This document shows positions 13,281-27,429 of a stretch of 64,000 bases of DNA, piece after piece; positions within the stretch are counted from its first letter, which is position 1; each line of letters opens with the position of its first letter. The position numbers were made by a program, and so were the translations under genes. The notes beneath the pieces are model-generated. The model had not been told where the DNA came from. It did no database searches and was given only the letters and a program-made list of their open reading frames with translations. Source of the DNA: Zygnema circumcarinatum SAG 698-1b (taxonomy: Eukaryota > Plantae > Zygnematophyceae); contig CM074817.1 of NCBI GenBank assembly GCA_037447605.1, forward strand, positions 1,488,001 through 1,552,000, given 5' to 3'.

Positions 13281-13977
13281 CACCGTCACTGCTTTTGTTT
13301 TGTAACGGGTGGTAGGCTGCTCAGAGCACGGTTTAGCAATTATAACCTATGCTTCCGGCGAGACTCCCTTTGTTGAGTTTCAGAACGCATACGGTAGTAG
13401 CGAAGTCGATTTCAACCAGGATATGAGAAATCAATTTGCCGACATGTAGCTCAGCGGACATTCTATAGTGCAAAGTGGGCTTCTACGGAAATGTTACGAT
13501 TGGTGAGAGCTTTTTTTTGTTTTTTTCTTCTGATTGGCCGTAGATTAGGTTGAAAAGCATGAGTTATTTCTCCAATGATCTGCTAGGCAACTATGTGGTT
13601 CAGAAGGAGCCGAGCCAAACAAAGCACTGAACACTGGTACACTCGAAGACAAGAAATCTAATGCGGGATTGGCATAGTCATATTCAAAGTTTACTCAAAT
13701 TTCTTTAGCCTTAGTCTTGTTTGTCATTATTGAAGTTCCAAATCTGAGTCTGTCCATCTCTTGAAATTGCTCTACTCGCAGTCAACCCATACACGGAGGC
13801 AACACTCCGACTTGTTTTGTTACTTCTCACATGCAGCTATCAGGGACATGAGACACATCAGCACTAGGATGAGCTTTGCCACAACCATAGACTCAAATGT
13901 ATCCCTCTGATTGTGAGATACAATCCAAAGTCAGAACACCACCGGCACAGGTTGTGCCACTTTCTGCACAGCTCTGT

Positions 13978-16900
13978 CTACCGCTCCTCTCCAGTTTGGA
14001 AGCCTTCAGCTCTCAATAGAGCCAAAGTTGGACCCATGGCTGCTGCTCGAATCGCCCTTGATGAGCTCCCCATAGGCCCTGTTCTGGTCTTCCTGCCGCT
14101 GCCACTCGCCACTGACTTAACATTCGATGGAGAATTGTGATTGTCAGAGACACCTTTGCCGGAATCTGCAGGACTTCCATTCATACTTAGGATACCTGCC
14201 TTCCCTGCTGCAAGCTCTGCACGTTTCCTTTCCAGATCGCGAGAGAGATCAGCCCACAGTTGCCACGGGGAGGCCACCTTTTCTCCGTTTGCTTCATTAC
14301 CGGCACCTACTTTTTTCACCTTTTCCAGAGTATCTCCATTCGGCGTAGTCTCTGAAGCTGTTTCCCTACCCTTGCTTATATGGTGGACTCCATTATCAAG
14401 TTCATTATTGCCGACATCTGCCTTTGCTCCAGATTCAGCGAGCGATGGAGTTTTCACTGATGCATCCATAGTAAGCTCGTCCATGATCCCCCCTTCCTTC
14501 ACTGCTAATTGTATTCCCAATGGAGTGTTGGGAGGTGTCTGAGTTGGACGTGCTAGCAAAGAGAAATTTGGCGGGCAGGGTAAACCCGAAACATCCAAAC
14601 TCAAGCGTCTATCAGGGTCCTGCTCTGATTGGACAGGGCTTTGGGAGTCACCGTCTAGGGGTGCTACACCTTCGGTCTCTCCCTCTCCTACTCTCTCGAC
14701 CTCGGGGAAAGCTTTCTCTCCTTCTAAAAGCAGATCGACTGCCTCTTGAGCACAATTCTCCGGCACATAGTCTACAGCAGATACGACACGGGCATCAACC
14801 AACGAGGAAAGTTCAATCTGCAAAGAAAAGAAACCAGTAAACAAGCCATTGGCTGTGATTAGCGTCTCGTAGTGGCCAATAATCTGCAACTCGCTTAGAC
14901 CTCTCAGCAGGAAGACAAAGCTTTACCTCCAGGAAACTGATCGGGGTCCTCTTGCTTCTTCACTAAAGTAGGGAAAGTTAAGGGGAAACGATCCAAAGGA
15001 GAATCGACTCTCATATCACGGCAACAATATTCGCAGTTTTTTTTTTTCACACGCAACCTCAATAACTTGCTTATAACTGCTAGTTCTCAAGCTGAAGTCG
15101 ACTGTTAAAATTCCTAACGCTGATTGTAAACCTCTGCACACTTCAAGTTAAAGAGCTGGCCCATATCCGACTGCAAACCAAAAAAGCGCACCTCAAGAGT
15201 GCCATCCTCTTGGTAAGGTGTCGGGTAAGCCGACGCTCCTACTTCCTCGTCCATTTCCCTATCGATATGACTTGCAATCTTCACTCCATCCTTGGAACTT
15301 AAGGGTGCCCCAAGTCCTCCCGTTGGAATGATTGTCACGTATCCGGAAGAGGAGTCATAGGTGACCACACGTCCTTCCTGTGCAGGCCAAACAGAGAGAA
15401 GAGAGAGAGGAGGAGAGGAGAGGAGGAGAGGAGTTTCTGTAAGAACATCAACCCAGTCCGGAAAGAGGCTGAGTTGCAAGTACTTATGCTAGCAAACAGT
15501 ATGTGTCCCATTCATGATCTCTTAGAATCTCACTATCTACCACAGTCACACGAAAAGGAGGCGGATGACTTCCAGCACGTAAAGGTGAATTGTACCCGGA
15601 AGGAGGACAACTCCGGCTCCCACGATGGGGTGAGCTCAACCAGTCGATATGCCAGCACCTCGTTTTCCTGCTCTCCCAGCACCATCCATTCAAGCACGTT
15701 ATGCTTTACAGGCAAGCAGACAATATCATAAGACAGAATAAGCCGGCAAAGGTCTATGCCAGCTACATTGCATGTCACATACATGAACAAAGCCTGCATG
15801 CTCAAGCAAGGAGGTTCAAATTCGAGGAGTTCTTTATTGCCAGTTCTCCTAACCCTGCTACAAGCCTCACCATGGTAAGGTTTCAGAGGATCAGCAATGC
15901 ACCTTTGGAGGGCCTGAAAGTGCCGGCAAAGAGTCGTAATCCTGCTCCACCTCCACTTGCTTTGTTGAATCCATCTCTTCTTGCTCTTGCCTCCTGTCAG
16001 CCATCGGCCACCTCTGATTGTAACTGCCCCCATCGGCTTCTTGCCTTCGCTGGAAACCATTCCTGTCCTTTTGTTGACCCCACGACTGGCCATGTCGCTT
16101 GCTGGCAATTGAGCCGAGGTTCAGAACAGGCTGCAAGAACATGGAGATGGTCCAAGTCTAACTATCAATAATTCTAAATCTCTGTAACATGTATATATCT
16201 TTTGGCATTGGAGTGCAAAAAGGAGTTGAAGCAGACAGCTATTCACGAGCAAGAGACTCCTTTCTTTGTCATTTGCTCACCGTGACAGCTGTCACCACCA
16301 CAGGTTCCTCATCTGTCCAGCCACACCATTGGCACATGCCCGATCATCATTATTTCCCTACCATTCTACAATTAGGCCCATATGAAGTACAAAAACTTCC
16401 AAAGCAATCTCTCCAAAAGTAGGAACGGACAGATCAACGAAGGAACAATATTTGCCAGGTAATGTTATCAAAGAAGTCCGACAGCTGCCTTCAAAAAAAA
16501 AAAGATCAAAGTGTTGGAAGAAAACCACTCACTCACCTCCTTCCCCAAACCTAATGTGGCCCTTCGCCATCGCATGGATAGCGGTTGTTTCACTCGAAGG
16601 GGATGGCTTTTCTTTCTTGGGAACCTCTTGGTTGTCCTCTACCTGCAGTTTCCATCGTCTCCCAATCGTAAGCTTAAACAATCACTTAAAGAGTCTTCAA
16701 TGGAAGCCCAAGCAAATTCGCTGCACTGATCAATGACGGACAAAACAAAACATGAGTCACCTAACGTATCCCTCCCTCCCTACCTTAGGAGGGTATCCCT
16801 TTCCTGATGAAGACTTTCTGATGCAACTTACTGCCTCAATCTGACATTTCTTGGCCCAAAATTTGACTTTAACTGCTGAACTGCATGCTGCAACGTGTAA

Positions 16901-19727
16901 ATCAACGTTGAAAAGGGGATGACTGATAAGAATTCCGAATACATGGGGCATTGAGCTTTTGCTCAGGTTGGTTAGGAGTGTCCTTTTTAAGCCCTCTACA
17001 TAAAAGGAAAGAATAAGAGCACGAGAGGAGAAGAAGCAATCCTGCCACTCCGTGTGCTCACCTCTACAGCCATTTCTTGGGTTTTTAGCCAGAGCTTTTT
17101 CGCCTTCTTTCGTCGAGCACTTCTACTTGGCCCCTACAATCCCTCCCCCATTCGTCACGTTCAATATCAGTGGCCTCACACAGAAGCCACCAAACGGCAA
17201 TCCTAGTCGTAAAAAACCCCTCAAAAGAGGTGCATTTGAGTCAGTCCTGTGTGTCAGGGCCTACCACACAGGCTGATGACTATTTCACGGTGATAAAAAA
17301 AACTGTCAATTTGAGAGCCTCCAGGGTGAGTGTGAGGTGTTCCAATTAAATTGACACTGCGAGACATGAGATTGGTGACTTAATTCGATTCATGAGAGGT
17401 ACAAGTGCTTGGTTCACACATACCTCTTTTTGCAGTTTCTCGGCGGTGTCCTTAGAGATTCGGTTACTGCCTTCAGGAGTCAACATATTCTCCTTCCTGT
17501 TGCCCAGTACAAAAGGTACATGTTGACTGTGGTAAGTAATAAGAAGTCGAAAAGTGGTGAAGACATAAGTCCTATATAGATCGGTGCCAGTTTCAAGCTC
17601 CCAACATGATCTCCTATGCCAGCATCAGAGACTCAGCGACTTAATGCAAGTGCACGCTTCCAATTCTGAGAAAATCGTTCCAATATTATAGTACTCGTAT
17701 CTTGACCAGACAACAAAACTTAAGCCGGTGCTAAAGCCATGCTCTCACCCTCACCTCTTTGGTGCAGAGCTCTCCTTCACCATGGCCACGTCCTCTTCGC
17801 TAGATTCCACCTCCAAAGGCATCCCTGACTCGCCCTCAATTCCTTCCTTCAAATCCCTCTTTGAAACTAATACAGCTGCAGTCTCTTTCAACTCCTCCCT
17901 CCCATTCGAACATTCACCCGACATTGGCCAATCAATTTCCACATGTTCGCCATCTCCTGCATCTCCGGAATTATTTTCCTTTCCAAACGATGCAGTCAAT
18001 CTTGTACGGTTCTTTTGCTTCTGCACATGGCTTTCTTCAGGAGTTCGCTGCGTTTTGATCTTCTTCGGTTCCTTTGGAGTCATTTTCTTGCCGGTTCCTT
18101 GTTTTTTTTGACATAAACCATCGCCATCTTGAGGATTTTCAAGAGTAGAAGCATGAACAATCTTTTGTGCTTTCTTTTTTCCTCTAACTGCTGAGCCACT
18201 CACATCCTGTTTCACAAATTTCCGCTTTTTTCCTTGAACTTGCTCACCTTTCGCCACTTCAAGTGCCCTATGGTCTAACTTCCCCTCGTCTCTAACGGCA
18301 TCGTTCATATTCGCATTCTCCTCACGACGAAGGGCAAGGCTCCTTCTCTCAGCTGGTTTCCTATTCTCAGTTTCTTGACCTTGTCCTTCACTATGACTCC
18401 TTCGCAATAAATCACTCTCTCGTCTCCATTCTAGTAACCCACCCATACCATCCGCTTTTTCTTTAATACCATCAGCATCAAGCTCGCTGTCCTCTTCTTC
18501 CTCCTCAATTGGGGGAGGCAGAGGGACGGCTAATGGGGAATCTTCGCCTGCAGGCCATCCATTCTCCAATGCTCTGCTTCTTGCATTGTCGCTTGGCTCC
18601 AAATATCTAGGCACCTCTCCGCCCGTAAGTTCTTCAAATGGCCCTTCTTTTATTGACCGTTTAAAGATCCTGCCATGTCTCAAGGGAGTTGATGCCAATT
18701 AGCTATTGACATGCGAAAGTGCTTGAAGTTAAGATAATTTGCACTTGATTGCCTTTCAAGGCGCCCAGCCTGTAGCTACGACAAGTATTCCTCTCCCACA
18801 AGCTTCGTGCTGCGACTCAAGAGTTCAAGGATATAAACTTGGATCACTGGTAGACGGAGAACAAGAACAAGAACAAGTTCTGGTGGGGGACATGTTGCAT
18901 CTCTTATTGCACCTTAGATTCAGGAAGAGCTCCCTGCCAGAAGTCTGACAAGAAGTATGGACAAGAAAAATGCCAGAATGTGCTTCAGGAATGTTTTTCA
19001 TCTCAAAGGCCTTTTCTTTACCTGATGGTGTCATCCTCGCGAACGAGCGAAAGTGGCTGGGATGGAGGAAGCGAAAAACCGCCTACCTGGAATTCAACCA
19101 ACGAAAAGCCGTACTAAAACTGAGGCTATCAATAAAGACATTCTTGAAACGGTATAGCAGACATCATAACAAAGTCGATTCTCAACAAAAGTTGATGAGT
19201 TCGGCAGTTCTGAGTACCCATTTCAGCTCTGCTGAACACTGCCGTTATCATACGTCCAATAATTACTTAGAATTCGCTTTCAAACAGAAAGCATATTCAA
19301 AAAGCAATTGACAAGTAGTGGTGTACGTTTTTAAACGATACATACTTGGATTAGATTAAAAGCAAGCTCTAAGGTGAGCGAACCCATTGGAAAGCTGGTA
19401 GGTCATTAGGTTGGAGGAAATAAAAAAAGGGTGCTAAAAACAATCCGCAAATGCCTACACTTTTGATTCACTACACAGGGAAAACAAAATAGCCGTCAAA
19501 GGAGAGGAGAGTCCAGCACGAAATTCTACCTGCAAAAGTATACCATCAGGGCATGAATGATGCAGGTGGAAAGATGATATCAAGTGTGCTTCAAAGTCGG
19601 AGATACTAGGCTCGTTTATGGGCAACTGAAACCAGCATTTGGAAAGGCCCTGTTTCCGGAGCTCTGAAGGAAGAATTCCAGGTGGGTGAAACACTAGCTT
19701 CACTCGGATTGCCAGTTGGTCGGTCAT
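13978..19727 (-). CDS. COIL: Coilin (Cajal body scaffold), multi-exon
   Basis: N-terminal domain MTDQLAIRVKLVFHPPGIL..KQGLSKCWF..SISDFEAHLISSFHLHHSCPDGILLQ|VGGFSLPPSQPLSLVREDDTIR|IFKR; plant coilin motif GPSRSARRKKAKK (about 17100); Tudor-like EVLAYRLVELTPSWEPELSSFR..YQEDGTLEV; C-terminal WADLSRDLERKRAEL..AIRAAAMGPTLALLR. Stop at 13978. Confidence 0.9.
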
Positions 19728-20056
19728 GCCTGAAGCTGTGCCAGATACTTTCCGGAAGGTCGGAAGCAACCCTAATCGGCAAGCGCAGGCGAGCAATATG
19801 TGCAGTGTTTCTGGATGAGCCGAACGAACGAGGCGCAAAAAAGAGACGGCGGGGGAAGGACGTTTTAATCTGCTTCGCTTCGCTTTGAAGGTGATCTCTC
19901 GGAAGCAGAGAGGCTTTGACAACTTTTGCACTGTTTTATATTTTCTATGAGCAGCTCTTGAATAGAGCCCGGAGAAGAGCAGCTTTCCGATTAAGCAGGA
20001 GCAGTAGTGCTGCTGGAAGTGCCGGGCGTCCCTTCCATGGATGAGAGCTTCATTCC

Positions 20057-23000
20057 ATGGATGACGGTGAAGATTGGGATTTGGAGCTCTTGGACCGGAT
20101 CATTCTTCATGCAGAGCAGGAAAATAAGGCCAGGCGTGCAGCAGCTGCTCAGCCAGCCTTGCGGAAGAGCCATACAGACGCCTCATCTCGAGCGGGAAAT
20201 GAGTTCCAAGGATTACAGCAGCAGCATAGGTCAACAAACTTGCAGGAACACAAGGCTGGAACGCAGTTAGCTGACAAGTCCCTTACACTTGTGCAGCAAT
20301 TGACTCCACATGTCCTACAAAGAAAACAAGAGTTGCGCTCTTTGCATGAGAGAAATGGCCAAGAAGGAGCAGCACATAATCATGTTCAGGGACTGCAGCA
20401 ACCAGGGGAGCCTGCTCGAGGGAGCTCCATTACTGGTTTGGTCAGGCATACCTTGCATCCCCCTGCACCACTCCAACAGGATCCTTTCGAAAGGCAGGCA
20501 GTCGAGCCTATGCCTTCTCTCAATGGCCATAAGGGTTCAGCTACTGCATTGCAGGCACCACGAGTCGTTTCAAGTAGACTAGCTCATCAGCAAGGCATAC
20601 AGCACCATGCAGTTCCCTTTTCTCAGCAATCTACAAATGCTGGAAAGCTTAATCAGCGGCAGCATGGCTCATTCGAATCCACCGTCTCTGTTGCTATGAA
20701 GCACCAGCCTAAACTTACAGCTGACCAACCAATTCGTTATCTTGGTGAAAGGACAGTAGAGCGAGGAGGGCTGCATTATGAAAGGGGAGCTGGGCAAAGA
20801 GCAGCAGCAGCTGTTCCTAGCAGTGATGCAAGGTCGCTGCCAGTTCGAGGAGAACAGGGCACTGGGTACAAGGTGCAGCAGCATGAAGCTGGCGTTCCTG
20901 TGTGGAATAATGAAATGAGCTTAAGTGGGCTGCAACCAAGTATTGCAGCCAAGAGCAGTACTTTTATCAGGGAAGAATTTAATGACACTGCCATTGCTGA
21001 TGTGGACTTGATAAGAAGCGAGTTGCAATTCCTGAAAAAAACCTTGGCAGAGAAAGATGGAGCCGTTTCCATCTTGCGAGCGCGCCTATCTCAGGTAGAT
21101 GGAGGCGTTGCATAAACACAAACTGATTGTAGTTTGCAAGTATGTATCTCGTGTAAACGAAACACTTAAAAGGGGAGGGGCTGGAGCTTCAACTGGAGCT
21201 TTCTCAAAAAAGTGTAATCCAATAACGATAACACGGTCCTGCAAATGAGAATGCTTATTCAGGCTTGTTTTATTCTAATAACAGATTTATGTTATCCTGC
21301 GGCATACGGCCATTGAATTCAATTATATTGGGCTTGTTTTCTACATATCGCTTAGAAAGTTGCTCAGTACATCATTTGAGTTTTGAAAATTTCTCCGCTA
21401 TGTACTCACAATTTGCTATGGCATCCATAAGGCGTAATTCTGATGCGAGTTATGCCTAACACGTGGTGCCTTGTCGGAACAGGCTGATTTGGAGCTTTCT
21501 GAACTGCGAAAAACAGTTCGTGAAGGTTTATCCACGGAGGATCTCAAACGGCAGGTAGATGCACAGAATATCAATGATTAAACCAGGAATTTTTGACAGT
21601 CTTATTTAATACTCGGCATTAGTGCAATACTTGTCCATGCAACGTAAGGCATTTGATAATTGCGAGATTTCTTTTTTAAAAGGAAAAGAAAAAGAAAGTT
21701 TTCTGTAAGGGTTTGCATGCGCGTGCGCAGGCAGCCGACTTGCAAAGGGAGGTGGAGCGTTTAAACGCACAGCTCGCATTCAAGGTGAGGCATTACTGGT
21801 TGTTCCGAGGGTGTTTCTGTGTTTCTGATCCTCTGCTGTTTCTATTGAAAACTTCGGGTCTGCTTAAGATTTTCCTTGTTATTTCTTTGGCAGGAAGAGG
21901 AGTTATCTCAGAGCAAAAAACTTCGGAGTGAAAAGGAGGCCGAGCTTGGTGATCTCATGACATCCAGGGCGACCATCCAGAAGCAGCTCAACGATCTTCA
22001 ACAACAACGGTCAGAAAGTTCACTTTCTGTTTTGTTTCTATGGTACAACCTTGTCATCTCAGTTAGCAGAACAAAGCTCATACGGGATGTTCCTGACTCG
22101 AGCTTTATCTTAGTTGCAGGGGTGATATAGCTGGTCCACATTCCCACGGCCACGAAGGGAGGACTGACACAGAGGTTCCACCTGCGATTGCTTTGAATGG
22201 TCATTCGCTCAACAATTTATCAGCTCAATTCCAAAGAACAACAAAAAATTGTGCTAGCCAAGGTGAAATTTACCAGCTTACTTCTGTCAGGGGCAGCCAG
22301 TTAGCATCTAAACAGGTGCAGACAGGTGTCACTTCACAGAGAGAGGATGTCTGGTCACCTCCCTTTCTGCCTGAATTATGGAGCGCAAACGGCGTTGAAT
22401 CAGAAAAGTTTGGCAGGCCCAATGAAGCCCTTCAAGGACAGCCGAAATCTTCTTCCAGGGAGGACGTCAGGAGAGAGGAGTTTGTTTCTGAAGGGAAAGT
22501 GAGGATTGAAGTTGACAGGGGAGTTGCCGAGGCACCAAGCGGTGAGAATCGTCTCAGCTGTTTGACGTTTGTGTGTTGGAGTGGTGGCGAAAACTAGATT
22601 GGGGCAAATGCATTTCCAAAATTGATGGTTTAGTATTTAGGAGGATTTGGAGTAGAAGCGATGGTCCGATTTCATATTCAGTAGATTTGCAGCTCTGGTA
22701 GGGGGGAGAGAGGTAGTGAAAAAGATAATATACTGATTGCGGGTGAAACGGTGCGCTATATCCCTCCCTCGTTGGGCCATTTATTGCGATTCTTTTTCTG
22801 AGTCTACATGGGTGAGGGGTGGCAGAATCTCCAATTGCAAATGGGGACTTGCCAAGTCAGCGGATAGTCACAGACACGGTAGGTCAAGCCTTTCCCTTGC
22901 GGGATTTATGAATCCGTACTCTTATTATGTCCCGCGTGGTCATAGCAGTTCATCACCATGAACTGAGGTTTTTGGACTCCCCTGAGAGGAAAGAGTTGAA

Positions 23001-26000
23001 ATAACAGTCTAGATAGGGAGTAAAAGAATCAAGTTCGCCTGCCTGGAAAAGGGAAAGAAAGCTCAGAAAGCTTTATTCTGCAAGGGTTGCTTGTTGCTCG
23101 GATGCATTGCTTGCCATGGAGTTTTCCTATAGAGTGGTTGTCGCATCCTTACCATTTCATGAAGCTCGAAGGTTCATTCCATGGTCGATACGACATATTG
23201 CTCGAAACTTAATGATGGTGTGAATACTAGTGCTTAAAGTCAAGCGAAAGGATGATGAGAAAGGAAAGGAATTTTATTGTTTAGGCCCTTTCATTGCCGC
23301 ACTCGTTGTTGACTTTACCACATTCTCGTACAGGCCCATGTGTTATCTCCCCCAAACTTCAAGCCGGAGATTCCAGTTTGGGTGGAACATGCATCTGCAA
23401 TAACCCAAGCCATGGAGCAAACTTCACGTCAGACCGATATAAGATTTCTGGAAGTTCAGAGGGCCTTGCAACGTATCTGGAAGCCTGAGGGTCGAAAGGC
23501 TGAGGGTGCTGTTCTGATAGAAAAGCTTTTTGCTTTCTGCCAAAGGGAGATGTCGACTCTTTTGGCAGGCTCTACTGAGTGGGTGGTTGGTGGAGAAGGT
23601 TTGAACATTGGGAGGAGAAGCAGGAAAGGACGAGAGGGGGGCAGAGAGAGAGAGGAGGTTGGAGGTCAAGAAAGAAGATCCCAGACTGCTGGGAATATCA
23701 ACAGTTCGAGGGGAAGTGGCGGGGATGTTCAAATGGGAACATCTCTTAGGCTAAGTGAAGTGCTAGCTAGTGTGAGTTTGCCCAGTCAACCCTTTTGACG
23801 GGTGCATCGTGCATGGAACTTTTTGTTTTGTTTGAGCTAAAAGTATGGTGAGCCTAGTTATGTGAAGTGGCTGAGAAACGGCTTTGTCTCTTTGCAGGTG
23901 ATCAACGGCTTATTGCCATCCACGGCTTTCTTGGAGCCTCTATTGGATGTCTGTGAGGTGAGTCACACAATGGAGGTGGAGGAGTGAGTGCCCTACAGCG
24001 CATGCACGAACACAGTGTGGGACGAGAGACCGTGAAGAACTGCTCTACCTGCTCTCCTTCATATCTCTCACTTTCTTTCAACTCTCCATCCTTTGGTCGT
24101 AATTACGTTGTCCTGGGAGGTCTCGGGTGACAGTGTGAAGAGAGAGCTGACTGTGCAGCCATAGCTCTGCGTGCCATCCTTCAACTAAGCGCCACTTGTC
24201 GTCAGGCAATTTTGCAGGAGTGAGCCATTCTTGCCCTATCCTTTCGGTTCATTAGCAGAGAGGCAAGTTTAATGTTGTGCTAATGGAAGAGCAAGTCTTA
24301 GTTTCATACGTCACAGTATGTTTACAGAAGTCTATTCTGGATCAGGCAACCTGATGCCTTAGGAAGGAAATATGTCTGGATATGCTTAAACAAATCTAGT
24401 TAGCAATCGGCAGATAAGTAAGGAGAAGAGGGAGACGTTTGCCGTAACTCCAAAGCTTGCGTAAGGTCGTAAGCTACTGCCTTCCTTAAGCTTTTCAGAC
24501 GAGAAGAGAAAAGGAGGACTTGCAGGTTCCTTATGTATTTGACTTGCTCTGCTTTCCTTGGCAAATACAGGAAAGAAATTCGATCATCTGGGCAAGCTCA
24601 GGTTGAGCGAGGCCCTCATGGAAATGGGTGGGTGGTAGAGCAGCCATATGGGGCAGCAAGTAACGAAAGGTCAGTGAGAGAGGGAGAGGCATGTCCAGGG
24701 CAGAGCAATGCTACATTACCAAAATTCTTCTCAAGTACAATCCATTGCGTGCGTTCAACACAGCACGAAGGTTCTTCTCTAAGGGACCATGGCATTAATG
24801 AAGATGGAGGAGCAAAAAGCAGTGAGGAAAGGGGGTTCACAATTGGAGCTGAAGAAGATAGGGCAGGTTGTGAAGCCATTATGAAACGCAAGAGAAGGCC
24901 CGCGATGGAAATGGCAGTGCATGAAATTGAAATGGCTGATGTAAATGAGAACAAGGAAGATGTTTGTTCAAGGTTTGAGGAAAGTGGTGAGGGAGACGAA
25001 TTAATGGGTCGGCGGAGAAAAGAAAGTGGCCAAGTAGCTTCAAGTAGCCTTGAAGGGCAGGGTGCTGTTCAGACCACAGGAGATATGGGGGGGCTGCTTG
25101 AGAGAGTCGTGAAATTAGCCATGGGGCCTGGGAAAAGGAAGAATGTCCAGGAAGAAGCAGCAGCCATGTTAGTACTATTGGTGGCGCATGGGGAGCCTAT
25201 TCGAGCAGGCCGGTTGTGCGTTTCTTTCCTTTCTTTTCCTCAATAAGCTTCTGCCTCTGCTCTGCCTCTGTACTTGCTCGGTCGGTTTGACCTCCAAATA
25301 GCCTCCTCTTGCAACCTCTCCTTTCAAAAAGGTTTAAAAAATGCTTCTCTTGACTTGCGGAGTACGGTATGCAGATTGAGGAACCTTTTGTCAAGAGGCG
25401 TTGTGAATTGTCTTCTAAAGACTGCCCAAGCAACGGGTGTTCGCTTGCAAGCAATTCGGCTGCTTCAGCTTCTCGTCCGCTTTAATTTGAATGGTAAGAG
25501 ATTGAGCAGAGCAATGCTCTCGTTTTTTAGAGCAGCCGGCACTCACTTTTGGCCCTCATAGTGGCAGTTTTGCTATACTTCAGCCGGAGTGTCTCTCTCT
25601 ATGGCTTCTGAAATCCACTGACTTTGCATTGGTTAGAGAACTTATCTCTGCTGAAGGACAAGGGAGCATCAGATGGTGAGAGAGAGTGGAAGGTGATGAA
25701 AAAGGATGTGGACGGATTGGGGAGGAAAATGGGAGGCTGACTAAAGAAGAGTGTTTGACTGCTTACTGATATGGTGACGGGATGTGGAGATTTCAGGCCC
25801 ACTATCACTTACTGAGAAAATGGACTATTGGACCAGTAGGCCAAATGCTAGTGAGACCGGAAGTGGGGGCGATAAGGATGACTTGACATTGCTGAATTCT
25901 GTTGCAGAGTGTCTAGTCCACCCTGGCAGCAATGACGAGGTGAGTTAGCTCTGTCTGACATACTCGTTCTGACCTTTCTTGTGAAGGAAACAATGGTGCT

Positions 26001-26951
26001 GGTATTACTGTGTGCTTCTAGATTGCCTTAAATTGCAAGTAGCTTTGCATCTGCTAGTCTTTTCTTTCCCATCCGCTGTTGTCCATCATGTTTGACTTTC
26101 AGTTTCGGGATGCTTGGTAAGGGGCTGTTATGCAGGACAGACAGCTGCGGCTGGGAGCTGTTCGACTGTTTGCTGTTCTGATGGATGGACTTGGCGAGGG
26201 AGACGTGAAGTGGGAGGCCCTTGTGGGAGTTGCAGGAGAGAATGAGGCGAATCTTGAGCTTCAAGGGAAAGAGAATGGCACCTCCCATCTCTCCTCCGAG
26301 GATCAGAAAGGCTCAGGAGAAGCCAACTTGCAGGAAAACTCTGCTAGAGAGGGAAAGGTCAAGGGGAGGGAGGCGGTAGCAGTGAAGCTCTTGAAGTTGA
26401 TCGAAATCGAACTGAACATGAAGTCGAGGAGAGTTCCTGAGAGCAGCAATACAGACAGGTAAGAGGCTTTCTCAAGGTTTCTTTTGAACTTTGCTAATAA
26501 GAAATGAGAAGTAAATAAAAACGAGTTAGCTAATCAACAGGTAAAAGGAAATTGGTAAGTTAATCCATAAAGTTTCCATTCAAGCAAGTTTTCTTTGCGT
26601 GGCCTCTGAATCCTAGGCCTCTACCTATTCCATAATATGATGACCTTCTTGTTACAATCGAACCACTGACATTAGAAAAGCCCACTTGTTTCTGGTGCGA
26701 ACAGAGAGCTTTTCCTGCGGGACGCCATGTCTTTGTTGTGCCAACTTGCTTCCCATGCGAAGCACGGATCGACGTTTTGGTCTTCCCTTGCAAACAACCG
26801 CAGCATGTTACTGCTGTGCCTCGAAATTTCAAGCAATTTTGTTAGCCAGGCAAAAGGTAGTTCGTCCCAGCTCAAGGCCAGTAGTCTTTTTACCATGTTA
26901 CAGAGGTTCAGGCAGTCGGCTCTACGGTACTGGCAGGAGAAGCATAGTTAG
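20057..26951 (+). CDS. SUV2: ATRIP / SENSITIVE TO UV 2-like protein (ATR partner), multi-exon
   Basis: Acidic N-terminus MDDGEDWDLELLDRI and a coiled coil (ELQFLKKTLAEKDGAVSILRARL..DLQREVERLNAQLAFK..EEELSQSKKLRSEKE). C-terminal helical region VQEEAAAMLVLLV..GVVNCLLKTAQATGVRLQAIRLLQLL; last exon 26705-26951 RELFLRDAMSLLCQLAS..LQRFRQSALRYW resembles the plant SUV2 C-terminus as recalled. Internal exon boundaries only partly resolved. Confidence 0.72.
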
Positions 26952-27429
26952 GTTTGCTTTTTACGAAGCCCTTTTTGTTTGATTAGTTAGGCGAATTTTG
27001 GACTCAACCGCAGGTTGTAGTCGGTCAGGCAGTCGGTCAGGGAAGCTAACTTTACGATCACAGAGGTTTGCAGTTAATGAATGTATAGGTCTTTCTATTT
27101 GGTTGTCCTGAATAGCCTGTGTAAACGCAAGAATAGGGTGTACCAGACCTAACAAAATTTGACGGAAAATGAAAGTCACGAAAGTACTCCTCCGTAGGGG
27201 GATCGCGATGTCACCGGAGTACTCGTTCTGGTGTTAAACATACTGACATTTTATTAAGTTTGATACCCCCTAATCACTTACGCCCTAAACGCCTGGCACG
27301 TAAATGTGAAGAGTATGGTAACGGCCCAATGTCTCCCGATATCCGCAAACAAACGAATGGTGTTTGCATGCGTGAGGCATCACATCGACGATGAACATTT
27401 TGTTGTTGCCCAAACAAAGGGGAAGATGT

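Noticed and set aside
13438-13520. Second tRNA or tRNA-derived SINE (GCCGACATGTAGCTCAGCGG)
   Set aside because: Only an A-box-like start is present; there is no GTTCGA B box and no cloverleaf.
13978-14889. Independent 303-aa gene
   Set aside because: It is the terminal exon of coilin; its C-terminus matches the plant coilin tail.
27195-27272. Mini TIR element (TAGGGGGATC / GATACCCCCTA)
   Set aside because: The repeats are imperfect and short, with no target-site duplication and no second copy in the window.
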